Origin: Eledone cirrhosa
Taxonomy: Eukaryota
NCBI GenBank assembly: GCA_964016885.1
Contig: OZ024741.1
Location: 32,054,001 to 32,118,000, forward strand
Reading direction: 5' to 3'
Length of the DNA: 64,000 bases
Part shown: positions 15,001 through 30,000 of the stretch, piece by piece
Layout of the letters: each line of letters begins with the position of its first letter
Numbering within the stretch: position 1 is the first letter of the stretch
Position numbers and translations under genes: made by a program
Notes under the pieces: model-generated
What the model was told of the DNA's origin: nothing
What the model saw: the letters and a program-made list of their open reading frames with translations, nothing else
Databases searched by the model: none

Positions 15001-18000
15001 TACCTCACTCTGACACCAACACCAATATCGTCAAGATACCTCACTCTGACAACATCACCAGTATCGTCAAGGTATCTCACCCTGACACCAACCCCAGTAT
15101 CGTCAAGATACCTCACTCTGACACCATCCCCAGTATCGTCAAGATACCTCACTCTGACACCAACACCAGTATCGTCAAGATACCTCACTCTGACACCAAC
15201 ACCAGTATCGTCAAGATACCTCACTCTGACACTAACACCAGTATCGTCAAGATACCTCACCCTGACACCAACACCAGTATCGTCAAGATACCTCACTCTG
15301 ACACCAACACCAGTATCGTCAAGATACCTCACTCTGACAACATCACCAATATCGTCAAGATACCTCACTCTGACAACATCACCAATATCGTCAAGATACC
15401 TCACTCTGACACCAACACCAGTATCGTCAAGATACCTCACTCTGACAACATCACCAGTATCGTCAAGATACCTCACCCTGACACCAACACCAGTATCGTC
15501 AAGATACCTCACTCTGACACCAACACCAGTATCGTCAGGATACCTCACCCTGACACCAACACCAGTATCGTCAGGATACCTCACTCAGACACCAACCCCA
15601 GTATCGTCAAGATACATAACTCTGACACCAACACCAGTATCGTCAAGATACCTCACTCTGACACCAACACCAGTATCGTCAAGATACCTCACTCTGACAC
15701 CAACACCAGTATCGTCAAGATACCTCACTCTGACACCAACACCAGTATCGTCAAGATACCTCACTCTGACAACATCACCAGTATCGTCAAGATACCTCAC
15801 CCTGACACCAACACCAGTATCGTCAAGATACCTCACTCTGACACCAACACCAATATCGTCAAGATACCTCACTCTGACACCAACACCAGTATCGTCAAGA
15901 TACCTCACTCTGACACCAACACCAGTATCGTCAAGATACCTCACTCTGACAACATCACCATTATCGTCAGGATACCTCACTCTGACACCAACACCAGTAT
16001 CGTCAAGATACCTCACTCTGACAACATCACCAGTAACGTCAAGATACCTCACTCTGACATCAACACCAGTATCGTCAAGATACCTCACTCTGACACCAAC
16101 ACCAGTATCGTCAAGATACCTCACTCTGACACCAACCCCAGTATCGTCAAGATACCTCACTCTGACACCAACACCAGTATCGTCAAGATACCTCACTCTG
16201 ACACCAACACCAGTATCGTCAACATACCTCACTCTGACACCAACACCAGTATCGTCAAGATACCTCACTCTGACACCAACACCAGTATCGTTAAGATACC
16301 TCACCCTGACACCAACACCAGTATCGTCAAGATACCTCACCCTGACACCAACACCAGTATCGTAAAGATACCTCACTCTGACACCAACACCAGTATCGTC
16401 AAGATACCTCACTCTGACACCAACACCAGTATCGTCAAGATACCTCGCTCTGACACCAACACCAGTATCGTCAAGATACCTCACCCTGACACCAACACCA
16501 GTATCGTCAAGATACCTCACTCTGACACCAACACCAGTATCGTCAAGATACCTCACTCTGACACCAACACCAGTATCGTCAAGATACCTCACCCTGACAC
16601 CAACACCAGTATCGTCAAGATACCTCACTCTGACACCAACACCAGTATCGTCAATATACCTCACTCTGACACCAACACCAGTATCGTCAAGATACCTCAC
16701 TCTGACAACATCACCAGTATCGTCAAGATACCTCACTCTGACACCAACACCAGTATCGTCAAGATACCTCACTCTGACACCAACACCAGTATCGTCAAGA
16801 TATCTCACTCTGACAACATCACCAGTATCGTCAAGATACCTCACTCTGACAACATCACCAGTATCGTCAAGATACCTCACTCTGACACCAACACCAGTAT
16901 CGTCAAGATACCTCACTCTGACACCAACACCAGTATCGTCAAGATACCTCACTCTGACAACATCACCAGTATCGTCAAGATACCTCACTCTGACACCAAC
17001 ACCAGTATCGTCAAGATACCTCACTCTGACACCAACACCAGTATCGTCAAGATACCTCACCCTGACACCAACACCAGTATCGTCAAGATACCTCACTCTG
17101 ACACCAACACCAGTATCGTCAAGATACCTCACTCTGACAACATCACCAGTATCGTCAATATACCTCACTCTGACACCAACACCAGTATCGTCAAGATACC
17201 TCACTCTGACACCAACACCAGTATCGTCAAGATACCTCACTCTGACAACATCACCAGTATCGTCAAGATACCTCACTCTGACAACATCACCAGTATCGTC
17301 AAGATACCTCACTCTGACACCAACACCAGTATCGTCGAGATACCTCACTCTGACAACATCACCAGTATCGTCAAGATACCTCACCCTGACACCAACATCA
17401 GTATCGTCAAGATACCTCACTCTGACAACAACACCAGTATCGTCAGGACACCTCACTCTGACACCAACACCAGTATCGTCAAGATACCTCACTCTGACAA
17501 CATCACCAGTATCGTCAAGATACCTCACTCTGACAACATCACCAGTATCGTCAAGATACCTCACTCTGACACCAACACCAGTATCGTCAAGATACCTCAC
17601 TCTGACAACATCACCAGTATCGTCAAGATATCTCACTCTGACACCAACACCAGTATCGTCAAGATACCTCACTCTGACACCAACACCAGTATCGTCAAGA
17701 TACCTCACTCTGACAACATCACCAGTATCGTCAAGAAACCTCACTCTGACACCAACCCCAGTATCGTCAAGATACCTCACTCTGACACCAACCCCAGTAT
17801 CGTCAAGATACCTCACCCTGACACCAACACCAGTATCGTCAAGATACCTCACTCTGACACCAACACCATTATCGTCAAGATACCTCACTCTGACACCAAC
17901 ACCAGTATCGTCAAGATACCTCACTCTGACACCAACACCAATATCGTCAAGATACCTCACTCTGACACCAACCCCAGTATCGTCAAGATACCTCACTCTG

Positions 18001-21000
18001 ACACCAACCCCAGTATCGTCAAGATACCTCACTCTGACACCAACCCCAGTATCGTCAAGATACCTCACTCTGACACCAACACCAGTATCGTCAAGATTCC
18101 TCACTCTGACACCAACCCCAGTCTCCTCAAGATACCTCACCCTGACACCAACACCAGTATCGTCAAGATACCTCACTCTGACACCAACACCAGTATCGTC
18201 AAGATACCTCACTCTGACACCAACACCAGTATCGTCAAGATACCTCACCCTGACACCAACACCAGTATCGTCAAGATACCTCACTCTGACACCAACACCA
18301 GTATCGTCAAGATACCTCACTCTGACAACATCACCAGTATCGTCAATATACCTCACTCTGACACCAACACCAGTATCGTCAAGATACCTCACTCTGACAC
18401 CAACACCAGTATCGTCAAGATACCTCACTCTGACAACATCACCAGTATCGTCAAGATACCTCACTCTGACAACATCACCAGTATCGTCAAGATACCTCAC
18501 TCTGACACCAACACCAGTATCGTCAAGATACCTCACTCTGACAACATCACCAGTATCGTCAAGATACCTCACCCTGACACCAACACCAGTATCGTCAAGA
18601 TACCTCACTCTGACACCAACACCAGTATCGTCAAGATACCTCACCCTGACAACAACACCAGTATCGTCAGGACACCTCACTCTGACACCAACACCAGTAT
18701 CGTCAAGATACCTCACTCTGACAACATCACCAGTATCGTCAAGATACCTCACTCTGACAACATCACCAGTATCGTCAAGATACCTCACTCTGACACCAAC
18801 ACCAGTATCGTCAAGATACCTCACTCTGACAACATCACCAGTATCGTCAAGATATCTCACTCTGACACCAACACCAGTATCGTCAAGATACCTCACTCTG
18901 ACACCAACACCAGTATCGTCAAGATACCTCACTCTGACAACATCACCAGTATCGTCAAGATACCTCACTCTGACACCAAACCCAGTATCGTCAAGATACC
19001 TCACTCTGACACCAACCCCAGTATCGTTAAGATACCTCACCCTGACACCAACACCAGTATCGTCAAGATACCTCACTCTGACACCAACACCATTATCGTC
19101 AAGATACCTCACTCTGACACCAAAACCAGTATCGTCAAGATACCTCACTCTGACACCAACACCAATATCGTCAAGATACCTCACTCTGACACCAACCCCA
19201 GTATCGTCAAGATACCTCACTCTGACACCAACCCCAGTATCGTCAAGATACCTCACTCTGACACCAACCCCAGTATCGTCAAGATACCTCACTCTGACAC
19301 CAACACCAGTATCGTCAAGATACCTCACTCTGACACCAACCCCAGTATCGTCAAGATACCTCACCCTGACACCAACACCAGTATCGTCAAGATACCTCAC
19401 TCTGACACCAACACCAGTATCGTCAAGATACCTCACTCTGACACCAACACCAGTATCGTCAAGATACCTCACCCTGACACCAACACCAGTATCGTCAAGA
19501 TACCTCACTCTGACACCAACACCAGTATCGTTATGATACCTCACTCTGACACCAACACCAGTATCGTCAAGATACCTCACTCTGACACCAACACCAGTAT
19601 CGTCAAGATACCTCACCCTGACACCAACACCAGTATCGTCAAGATACCTCACCCTGACACCAACACCAGTATCGTCAAGATACCTCACTCTGACAACATC
19701 ACCAGTATCGTCAGGATACCTCACTCTGACACCAACACCAGTATCGTCAAGATACCTCACTCTGACAACATCACCAGTAACGTCAAGATACCTCACTCTG
19801 ACACCAACACCAATATCGTCAAGATAACTCACTCTGACAACATCACCAGTATCGTCAAGGTATCTCACCCTGACACCAACCCCAGTATCGTCAAGATACC
19901 TCACTCTGACACCATCCCCAGTATCGTCAAGATACCTCACTCTGACACCAACACCAGTATCGTCAAGATACCTCACTCTGACACCAACACCAGTATCGTC
20001 AAGATACCTCACTCTGACACTAACACCAGTATCGTCAAGATACCTCACCCTGACACCAACACCAGTATCGTCAAGATACCTCACTCTGACACCAACACCA
20101 GTATCGTCAAGATACCTCACTCTGACAACATCACCAATATCGTCAAGATACCTCACTCTGACAACATCACCAATATCGTCAAGATACCTCACTCTGACAC
20201 CAACACCAGTATCGTCAAGATACCTCACCCTGACACCAACACCAGTATCGTCAAGATACCTCACTCTGACACCAACACCAGTATCGTCAAGATACCTCAC
20301 TCTGACAACATCACCAGTATCGTCAATATACCTCACTCTGACACCAACACCAGTATCGTCAAGATACCTCACTCTGACACCAACACCAGTATCGTCAAGA
20401 TACCTCACTCTGACAACATCACCAGTATCGTCAAGATACCTCACTCTGACAACATCACCAGTATCGTCAAGATACCTCACTCTGACACCAACACCAGTAT
20501 CGTCAAGATACCTCACTCTGACAACATCACCAGTATCGTCAAGATACCTCACCCTGACACCAACACCAGTATCGTCAAGATACCTCACTCTGACACCAAC
20601 ACCAGTATCGTCAAGATACCTCACCCTGACAACAACACCAGTATCGTCAGGACACCTCACTCTGACACCAACACCAGTATCGTCAAGATACCTCACTCTG
20701 ACAACATCACCAGTATCGTCAAGATACCTCACTCTGACAACATCACCAGTATCGTCAAGATACCTCACTCTGACACCAACACCAGTATCGTCAAGATACC
20801 TCACTCTGACAACATCACCAGTATCGTCAAGATATCTCACTCTGACACCAACACCAGTATCGTCAAGATACCTCACTCTGACACCAACACCAGTATCGTC
20901 AAGATACCTCACTCTGACAACATCACCAGTATCGTCAAGATACCTCACTCTGACACCAAACCCAGTATCGTCAAGATACCTCACTCTGACACCAACCCCA

Positions 21001-24000
21001 GTATCGTTAAGATACCTCACCCTGACACCAACACCAGTATCGTCAAGATACCTCACTCTGACACCAACACCATTATCGTCAAGATACCTCACTCTGACAC
21101 CAAAACCAGTATCGTCAAGATACCTCACTCTGACACCAACACCAATATCGTCAAGATACCTCACTCTGACACCAACCCCAGTATCGTCAAGATACCTCAC
21201 TCTGACACCAACCCCAGTATCGTCAAGATACCTCACTCTGACACCAACCCCAGTATCGTCAAGATACCTCACTCTGACACCAACACCAGTATCGTCAAGA
21301 TACCTCACTCTGACACCAACCCCAGTATCGTCAAGATACCTCACCCTGACACCAACACCAGTATCGTCAAGATACCTCACTCTGACACCAACACCAGTAT
21401 CGTCAAGATACCTCACTCTGACACCAACACCAGTATCGTCAAGATACCTCACCCTGACACCAACACCAGTATCGTCAAGATACCTCACTCTGACACCAAC
21501 ACCAGTATCGTTATGATACCTCACTCTGACACCAACACCAGTATCGTCAAGATACCTCACTCTGACACCAACACCAGTATCGTCAAGATACCTCACCCTG
21601 ACACCAACACCAGTATCGTCAAGATACCTCACCCTGACACCAACACCAGTATCGTCAAGATACCTCACTCTGACAACATCACCAGTATCGTCAGGATACC
21701 TCACTCTGACACCAACACCAGTATCGTCAAGATACCTCACTCTGACAACATCACCAGTAACGTCAAGATACCTCACTCTGACACCAACACCAATATCGTC
21801 AAGATAACTCACTCTGACAACATCACCAGTATCGTCAAGGTATCTCACCCTGACACCAACCCCAGTATCGTCAAGATACCTCACTCTGACACCATCCCCA
21901 GTATCGTCAAGATACCTCACTCTGACACCAACACCAGTATCGTCAAGATACCTCACTCTGACACCAACACCAGTATCGTCAAGATACCTCACTCTGACAC
22001 TAACACCAGTATCGTCAAGATACCTCACCCTGACACCAACACCAGTATCGTCAAGATACCTCACTCTGACACCAACACCAGTATCGTCAAGATACCTCAC
22101 TCTGACAACATCACCAATATCGTCAAGATACCTCACTCTGACAACATCACCAATATCGTCAAGATACCTCACTCTGACACCAACACCAGTATCGTCAAGA
22201 TACCTCACTCTGACACCAACACCAGTATCGTCAAGATACCTCACTCTGACAACATCACCAGTATCGTCAAGATACCTCACCCTGACACCAACACCAGTAT
22301 CGTCAAGATACCTCACTCTGACACCAACACCAGTATCGTCAAGATACCTCACTCTGACACCAACACCAGTATCGTCAAGATACCTCACTCTGACAACATC
22401 ACCAGTATCGTCAAGATACCTCACACTGACACCAACACCAGTATCGTCAAGATACCTCACTCTGACACCAACATCAGTATCGTCAAGATACCTCACCCTG
22501 ACACCAACACCAGTATCGTCAAGATACCTCACTCTGACACCAACACCAGTATCGTCAAGATACCTCACTCTGACAACATCACCAGTATCGTCAAGATACC
22601 TCACTCTGACAACATCACCAGTATCGTCAAGATACCTCACTCTGACACCAACACCAGTATCGTCAAGATACCTCACTCTGACAACATCACCAGTATCGTC
22701 AAGATACCTCACCCTGACACCAACACCAGTATCGTCAAGATACCTCACTCTGACACCAACACCAGTATCGTCAAGATACCTCACCCTGACAACAACACCA
22801 GTATCGTCAGGACACCTCACTCTGACACCAACACCAGTATCGTCAAGATACCTCACTCTGACAACATCACCAGTATCGTCAAGATACCTCACTCTGACAA
22901 CATCACCAGTATCGTCAAGATACCTCACTCTGACACCAACACCAGTATCGTCAAGATACCTCACTCTGACAACATCACCAGTATCGTCAAGATATCTCAC
23001 TCTGACACCAACACCAGTATCGTCAAGATACCTCACTCTGACACCAACACCAGTATCGTCAAGATACCTCACTCTGACAACATCACCAGTATCGTCAAGA
23101 TACCTCACTCTGACACCAAACCCAGTATCGTCAAGATACCTCACTCTGACACCAACCCCAGTATCGTTAAGATACCTCACCCTGACACCAACACCAGTAT
23201 CGTCAAGATACCTCACTCTGACACCAACACCATTATCGTCAAGATACCTCACTCTGACACCAAAACCAGTATCGTCAAGATACCTCACTCTGACACCAAC
23301 ACCAATATCGTCAAGATACCTCACTCTGACACCAACCCCAGTATCGTCAAGATACCTCACTCTGACACCAACCCCAGTATCGTCAAGATACCTCACTCTG
23401 ACACCAACCCCAGTATCGTCAAGATACCTCACTCTGACACCAACACCAGTATCGTCAAGATACCTCACTCTGACACCAACCCCAGTATCGTCAAGATACC
23501 TCACCCTGACACCAACACCAGTATCGTCAAGATACCTCACTCTGACACCAACACCAGTATCGTCAAGATACCTCACTCTGACACCAACACCAGTATCGTC
23601 AAGATACCTCACCCTGACACCAACACCAGTATCGTCAAGATACCTCACTCTGACACCAACACCAGTATCGTTATGATACCTCACTCTGACACCAACACCA
23701 GTATCGTCAAGATACCTCACTCTGACACCAACACCAGTATCGTCAAGATACCTCACCCTGACACCAACACCAGTATCGTCAAGATACCTCACCCTGACAC
23801 CAACACCAGTATCGTCAAGATACCTCACTCTGACAACATCACCAGTATCGTCAGGATACCTCACTCTGACACCAACACCAGTATCGTCAAGATACCTCAC
23901 TCTGACAACATCACCAGTAACGTCAAGATACCTCACTCTGACACCAACACCAATATCGTCAAGATAACTCACTCTGACAACATCACCAGTATCGTCAAGG

Positions 24001-27000
24001 TATCTCACCCTGACACCAACCCCAGTATCGTCAAGATACCTCACTCTGACACCATCCCCAGTATCGTCAAGATACCTCACTCTGACACCAACACCAGTAT
24101 CGTCAAGATACCTCACTCTGACACCAACACCAGTATCGTCAAGATACCTCACTCTGACACTAACACCAGTATCGTCAAGATACCTCACCCTGACACCAAC
24201 ACCAGTATCGTCAAGATACCTCACTCTGACACCAACACCAGTATCGTCAAGATACCTCACTCTGACAACATCACCAATATCGTCAAGATACCTCACTCTG
24301 ACAACATCACCAATATCGTCAAGATACCTCACTCTGACACCAACACCAGTATCGTCAAGATACCTCACTCTGACACCAACACCAGTATCGTCAAGATACC
24401 TCACTCTGACAACATCACCAGTATCGTCAAGATACCTCACCCTGACACCAACACCAGTATCGTCAAGATACCTCACTCTGACACCAACACCAGTATCGTC
24501 AAGATACCTCACTCTGACACCAACACCAGTATCGTCAAGATACCTCACTCTGACAACATCACCAGTATCGTCAAGATACCTCACACTGACACCAACACCA
24601 GTATCGTCAAGATACCTCACTCTGACACCAACATCAGTATCGTCAAGATACCTCACCCTGACACCAACACCAGTATCGTCAGGATACCTCACCCTGACAC
24701 TAACACCAGTATCGTCAGGATACCTCACTCAGACACCAACCCCAGTATCGTCAAGATACATAACTCTGACACCAACACCAGTATCGTCAAGATACCTCAC
24801 TCTGACACCAACACCAGTATCGTCAAGATACCTCACTCTGACACCAACACCAGTATCGTCAAGATACCTCACTCTGACACCAACACCAGTATCGTCAAGA
24901 TACCTCACTCTGACAACATCACCAGTATCGTCAAGATACCTCACCCTGACACCAACACCAGTATCGTCAAGATACCTCACTCTGACACCAACACCAATAT
25001 CGTCAAGATACCTCACTCTGACACCAACACCAGTATCGTCAAGATACCTCACTCTGACACCAACACCAGTATCGTCAAGATACCTCACTCTGACAACATC
25101 ACCATTATCGTCAGGATACCTCACTCTGACACCAACACCAGTATCGTCAAGATACCTCACTCTGACAACATCACCAGTAACGTCAAGATACCTCACTCTG
25201 ACATCAACACCAGTATCGTCAAGATACCTCACTCTGACACCAACACCAGTATCGTCAAGATACCTCACTCTGACACCAACCCCAGTATCGTCAAGATACC
25301 TCACTCTGACACCAACACCAGTATCGTCAAGATACCTCGCTCTGACACCAACACCAGTATCGTCAAGATACCTCACCCTGACACCAACACCAGTATCGTC
25401 AAGATACCTCACTCTGACACCAACACCAGTATCGTCAAGATACCTCACTCTGACACCAACACCAGTATCGTCAAGATACCTCACCCTGACACCAACACCA
25501 GTATCGTCAAGATACCTCACTCTGACACCAACACCAGTATCGTCAAGATACCTCACTCTGACACCAACACCAGTATCGTCAAGATACCTCACTCTGACAA
25601 CATCACCAGTATCGTCAAGATACCTCACTCTGACACCAACACCAGTATCGTCAAGATACCTCACTCTGACACCAACACCAGTATCGTCAAGATATCTCAC
25701 TCTGACAACATCACCAGTATCGTCAAGATACCTCACTCTGACAACATCGCCAGTATCGTCAAGATACCTCACTCTGACACCAACACCAGTATCGTCAAGA
25801 TACCTCACTCTGACACCAACACCAGTATCGTCAAGATACCTCACTCTGACAACATCACCAGTATCGTCAAGATACCTCACTCTGACACCAACACCAGTAT
25901 CGTCAAGATACCTCACTCTGACACCAACACCAGTATCGTCAAGATACCTCACCCTGACACCAACACCAGTATCGTCAAGATACCTCACTCTGACACCAAC
26001 ACCAGTATCGTCAAGATACCTCACTCTGACAACATCACAAGTATCGTCAATATACCTCACTCTGACACCAACACCAGTATCGTCAAGATACCTCACTCTG
26101 ACACCAACACCAGTATCGTCAAGATACCTCACTCTGACAACATCACCAGTATCGTCAAGATACCTCACTCTGACACCAACACCATTATCGTCAAGATACC
26201 TCACTCTGACACCAAAACCAGTATCGTCAAGATACCTCACTCTGACACCAACACCAATATCGTCAAGATACCTCACTCTGACACCAACCCCAGTATCGTC
26301 AAGATACCTCACTCTGACACCAACCCCAGTATCGTCAAGATACCTCACTCTGACACCAACCCCAGTATCGTCAAGATACCTCACTCTGACACCAACACCA
26401 GTATCGTCAAGATACCTCACTCTGACACCAACCCCAGTATCGTCAAGATACCTCACCCTGACACCAACACCAGTATCGTCAAGATACCACACTCTGACAC
26501 CAACACCAGTATCGTCAAGATACCTCACTCTGACACCAACACCAGTATCGTCAAGATACCTCACCCTGACACCAACACCAGTATCGTCAAGATACCTCAC
26601 TCTGACACCAACACCAGTATCGTTATGATACCTCACTCTGACACCAACACCAGTATCGTCAAGATACCTCACTCTGACACCAACACCAGTATCGTCAAGA
26701 TACCTCACCCTGACACCAACACCAGTATCGTCAAGATACCTCACCCTGACACCAACACCAGTATCGTCAAGATACCTCACTCTGACAACATCACCAGTAT
26801 CGTCAGGATACCTCACTCTGACACCAACACCAGTATCGTCAAGATACCTCACTCTGACAACATCACCAGTAACGTCAAGATACCTCACTCTGACACCAAC
26901 ACCAATATCGTCAAGATAACTCACTCTGACAACATCACCAGTATCGTCAAGGTATCTCACCCTGACACCAACCCCAGTATCGTCAAGATACCTCACTCTG

Positions 27001-30000
27001 ACACCATCCCCAGTATCGTCAAGATACCTCACTCTGACACCAACACCAGTATCGTCAAGATACCTCACTCTGACACCAACACCAGTATCGTCAAGATACC
27101 TCACTCTGACACTAACACCAGTATCGTCAAGATACCTCACCCTGACACCAACACCAGTATCGTCAAGATACCTCACTCTGACACCAACACCAGTATCGTC
27201 AAGATACCTCACTCTGACAACATCACCAATATCGTCAAGATACCTCACTCTGACAACATCACCAATATCGTCAAGATACCTCACTCTGACACCAACACCA
27301 GTATCGTCAAGATACCTCACTCTGACACCAACACCAGTATCGTCAAGATACCTCACTCTGACAACATCACCAGTATCGTCAAGATACCTCACCCTGACAC
27401 CAACACCAGTATCGTCAAGATACCTCACTCTGACACCAACACCAGTATCGTCAAGATACCTCACTCTGACACCAACACCAGTATCGTCAAGATACCTCAC
27501 TCTGACAACATCACCAGTATCGTCAAGATACCTCACACTGACACCAACACCAGTATCGTCAAGATACCTCACTCTGACACCAACATCAGTATCGTCAAGA
27601 TACCTCACCCTGACACCAACACCAGTATCGTCAGGATACCTCACCCTGACACCAACACCAGTATCGTCAGGATACCTCACTCAGACACCAACCCCAGTAT
27701 CGTCAAGATACATAACTCTGACACCAACACCAGTATCGTCAAGATACCTCACTCTGACACCAACACCAGTATCGTCAAGATACCTCACTCTGACACCAAC
27801 ACCAGTATCGTCAAGATACCTCACTCTGACACCAACACCAGTATCGTCAAGATACCTCACTCTGACAACATCACCAGTATCGTCAAGATACCTCACCCTG
27901 ACACCAACACCAGTATCGTCAAGATACCTCACTCTGACACCAACACCAATATCGTCAAGATACCTCACTCTGACACCAACACCAGTATCGTCAAGATACC
28001 TCACTCTGACACCAACACCAGTATCGTCAAGATACCTCACTCTGACAACATCACCATTATCGTCAGGATACCTCACTCTGACACCAACACCAGTATCGTC
28101 AAGATACCTCACTCTGACAACATCACCAGTAACGTCAAGATACCTCACTCTGACATCAACACCAGTATCGTCAAGATACCTCACTCTGACACCAACACCA
28201 GTATCGTCAAGATACCTCACTCTGACACCAACCCCAGTATCGTCAAGATACCTCACTCTGACACCAACACCAGTATCGTCAAGATACCTCGCTCTGACAC
28301 CAACACCAGTATCGTCAAGATACCTCACCCTGACACCAACACCAGTATCGTCAAGATACCTCACTCTGACACCAACACCAGTATCGTCAAGATACCTCAC
28401 TCTGACACCAACACCAGTATCGTCAAGATACCTCACCCTGACACCAACACCAGTATCGTCAAGATACCTCACTCTGACACCAACACCAGTATCGTCAAGA
28501 TACCTCACTCTGACACCAACACCAGTATCGTCAAGATACCTCACTCTGACAACATCACCAGTATCGTCAAGATACCTCACTCTGACACCAACACCAGTAT
28601 CGTCAAGATACCTCACTCTGACACCAACACCAGTATCGTCAAGATATCTCACTCTGACAACATCACCAGTATCGTCAAGATACCTCACTCTGACAACATC
28701 GCCAGTATCGTCAAGATACCTCACTCTGACACCAACACCAGTATCGTCAAGATACCTCACTCTGACACCAACACCAGTATCGTCAAGATACCTCACTCTG
28801 ACAACATCACCAGTATCGTCAAGATACCTCACTCTGACACCAACACCAGTATCGTCAAGATACCTCACTCTGACACCAACACCAGTATCGTCAAGATACC
28901 TCACCCTGACACCAACACCAGTATCGTCAAGATACCTCACTCTGACACCAACACCAGTATCGTCAAGATACCTCACTCTGACAACATCACAAGTATCGTC
29001 AATATACCTCACTCTGACACCAACACCAGTATCGTCAAGATACCTCACTCTGACACCAACACCAGTATCGTCAAGATACCTCACTCTGACAACATCACCA
29101 GTATCGTCAAGATACCTCACTCTGACAACATCACCAGTATCGTCAAGATACCTCACTCTGACACCAACACCAGTATCGTCAAGATACCTCACTCTGACAA
29201 CATCACCAGTATCGTCAAGATACCTCACCCTGACACCAACACCAGTATCGTCAAGATACCTCACTCTGACAACAACACCAGTATCGTCAGGACACCTCAC
29301 TCTGACACCAACACCAGTATCGTCAAGATACCTCACTCTGACAACATCACCAGTATCGTCAAGATACCTCACTCTGACAACATCACCAGTATCGTCAAGA
29401 TACCTCACTCTGACACCAACACCAGTATCGTCAAGATACCTCACTCTGACAACATCACCAGTATCGTCAAGATATCTCACTCTGACACCAACACCAGTAT
29501 CGTCAAGATACCTCACTCTGACACCAACACCAGTATCGTCAAGATACCTCACTCTGACAACATCACCAGTATCGTCAAGAAACCTCACTCTGACAGCAAC
29601 CCCAGTATCGTCAAGATACCTCACTCTGACACCAACCCCAGTATCGTCAAGATACCTCACCCTGACACCAACACCAGTATCGTCAAGACACCTCACTCTG
29701 ACACCAACACCATTATCGTCAAGATACCTCACTCTGACACCAACACCAGTATCGTCAAGATACCTCACTCTGACACCAACACCAATATCGTCAAGATACC
29801 TCACTCTGACACCAACCCCAGTATCGTCAAGATACCTCACTCTGACACCAACCCCAGTATCGTCAAGATACCTCACTCTGACACCAACCCCAGTATCGTC
29901 AAGATACCTCACTCTGACACCAACACCAGTATCGTCAAGATACCTCACTCTGACACCAACCCCAGTATCGTCAAGATACCTCACCCTGACACCAACACCA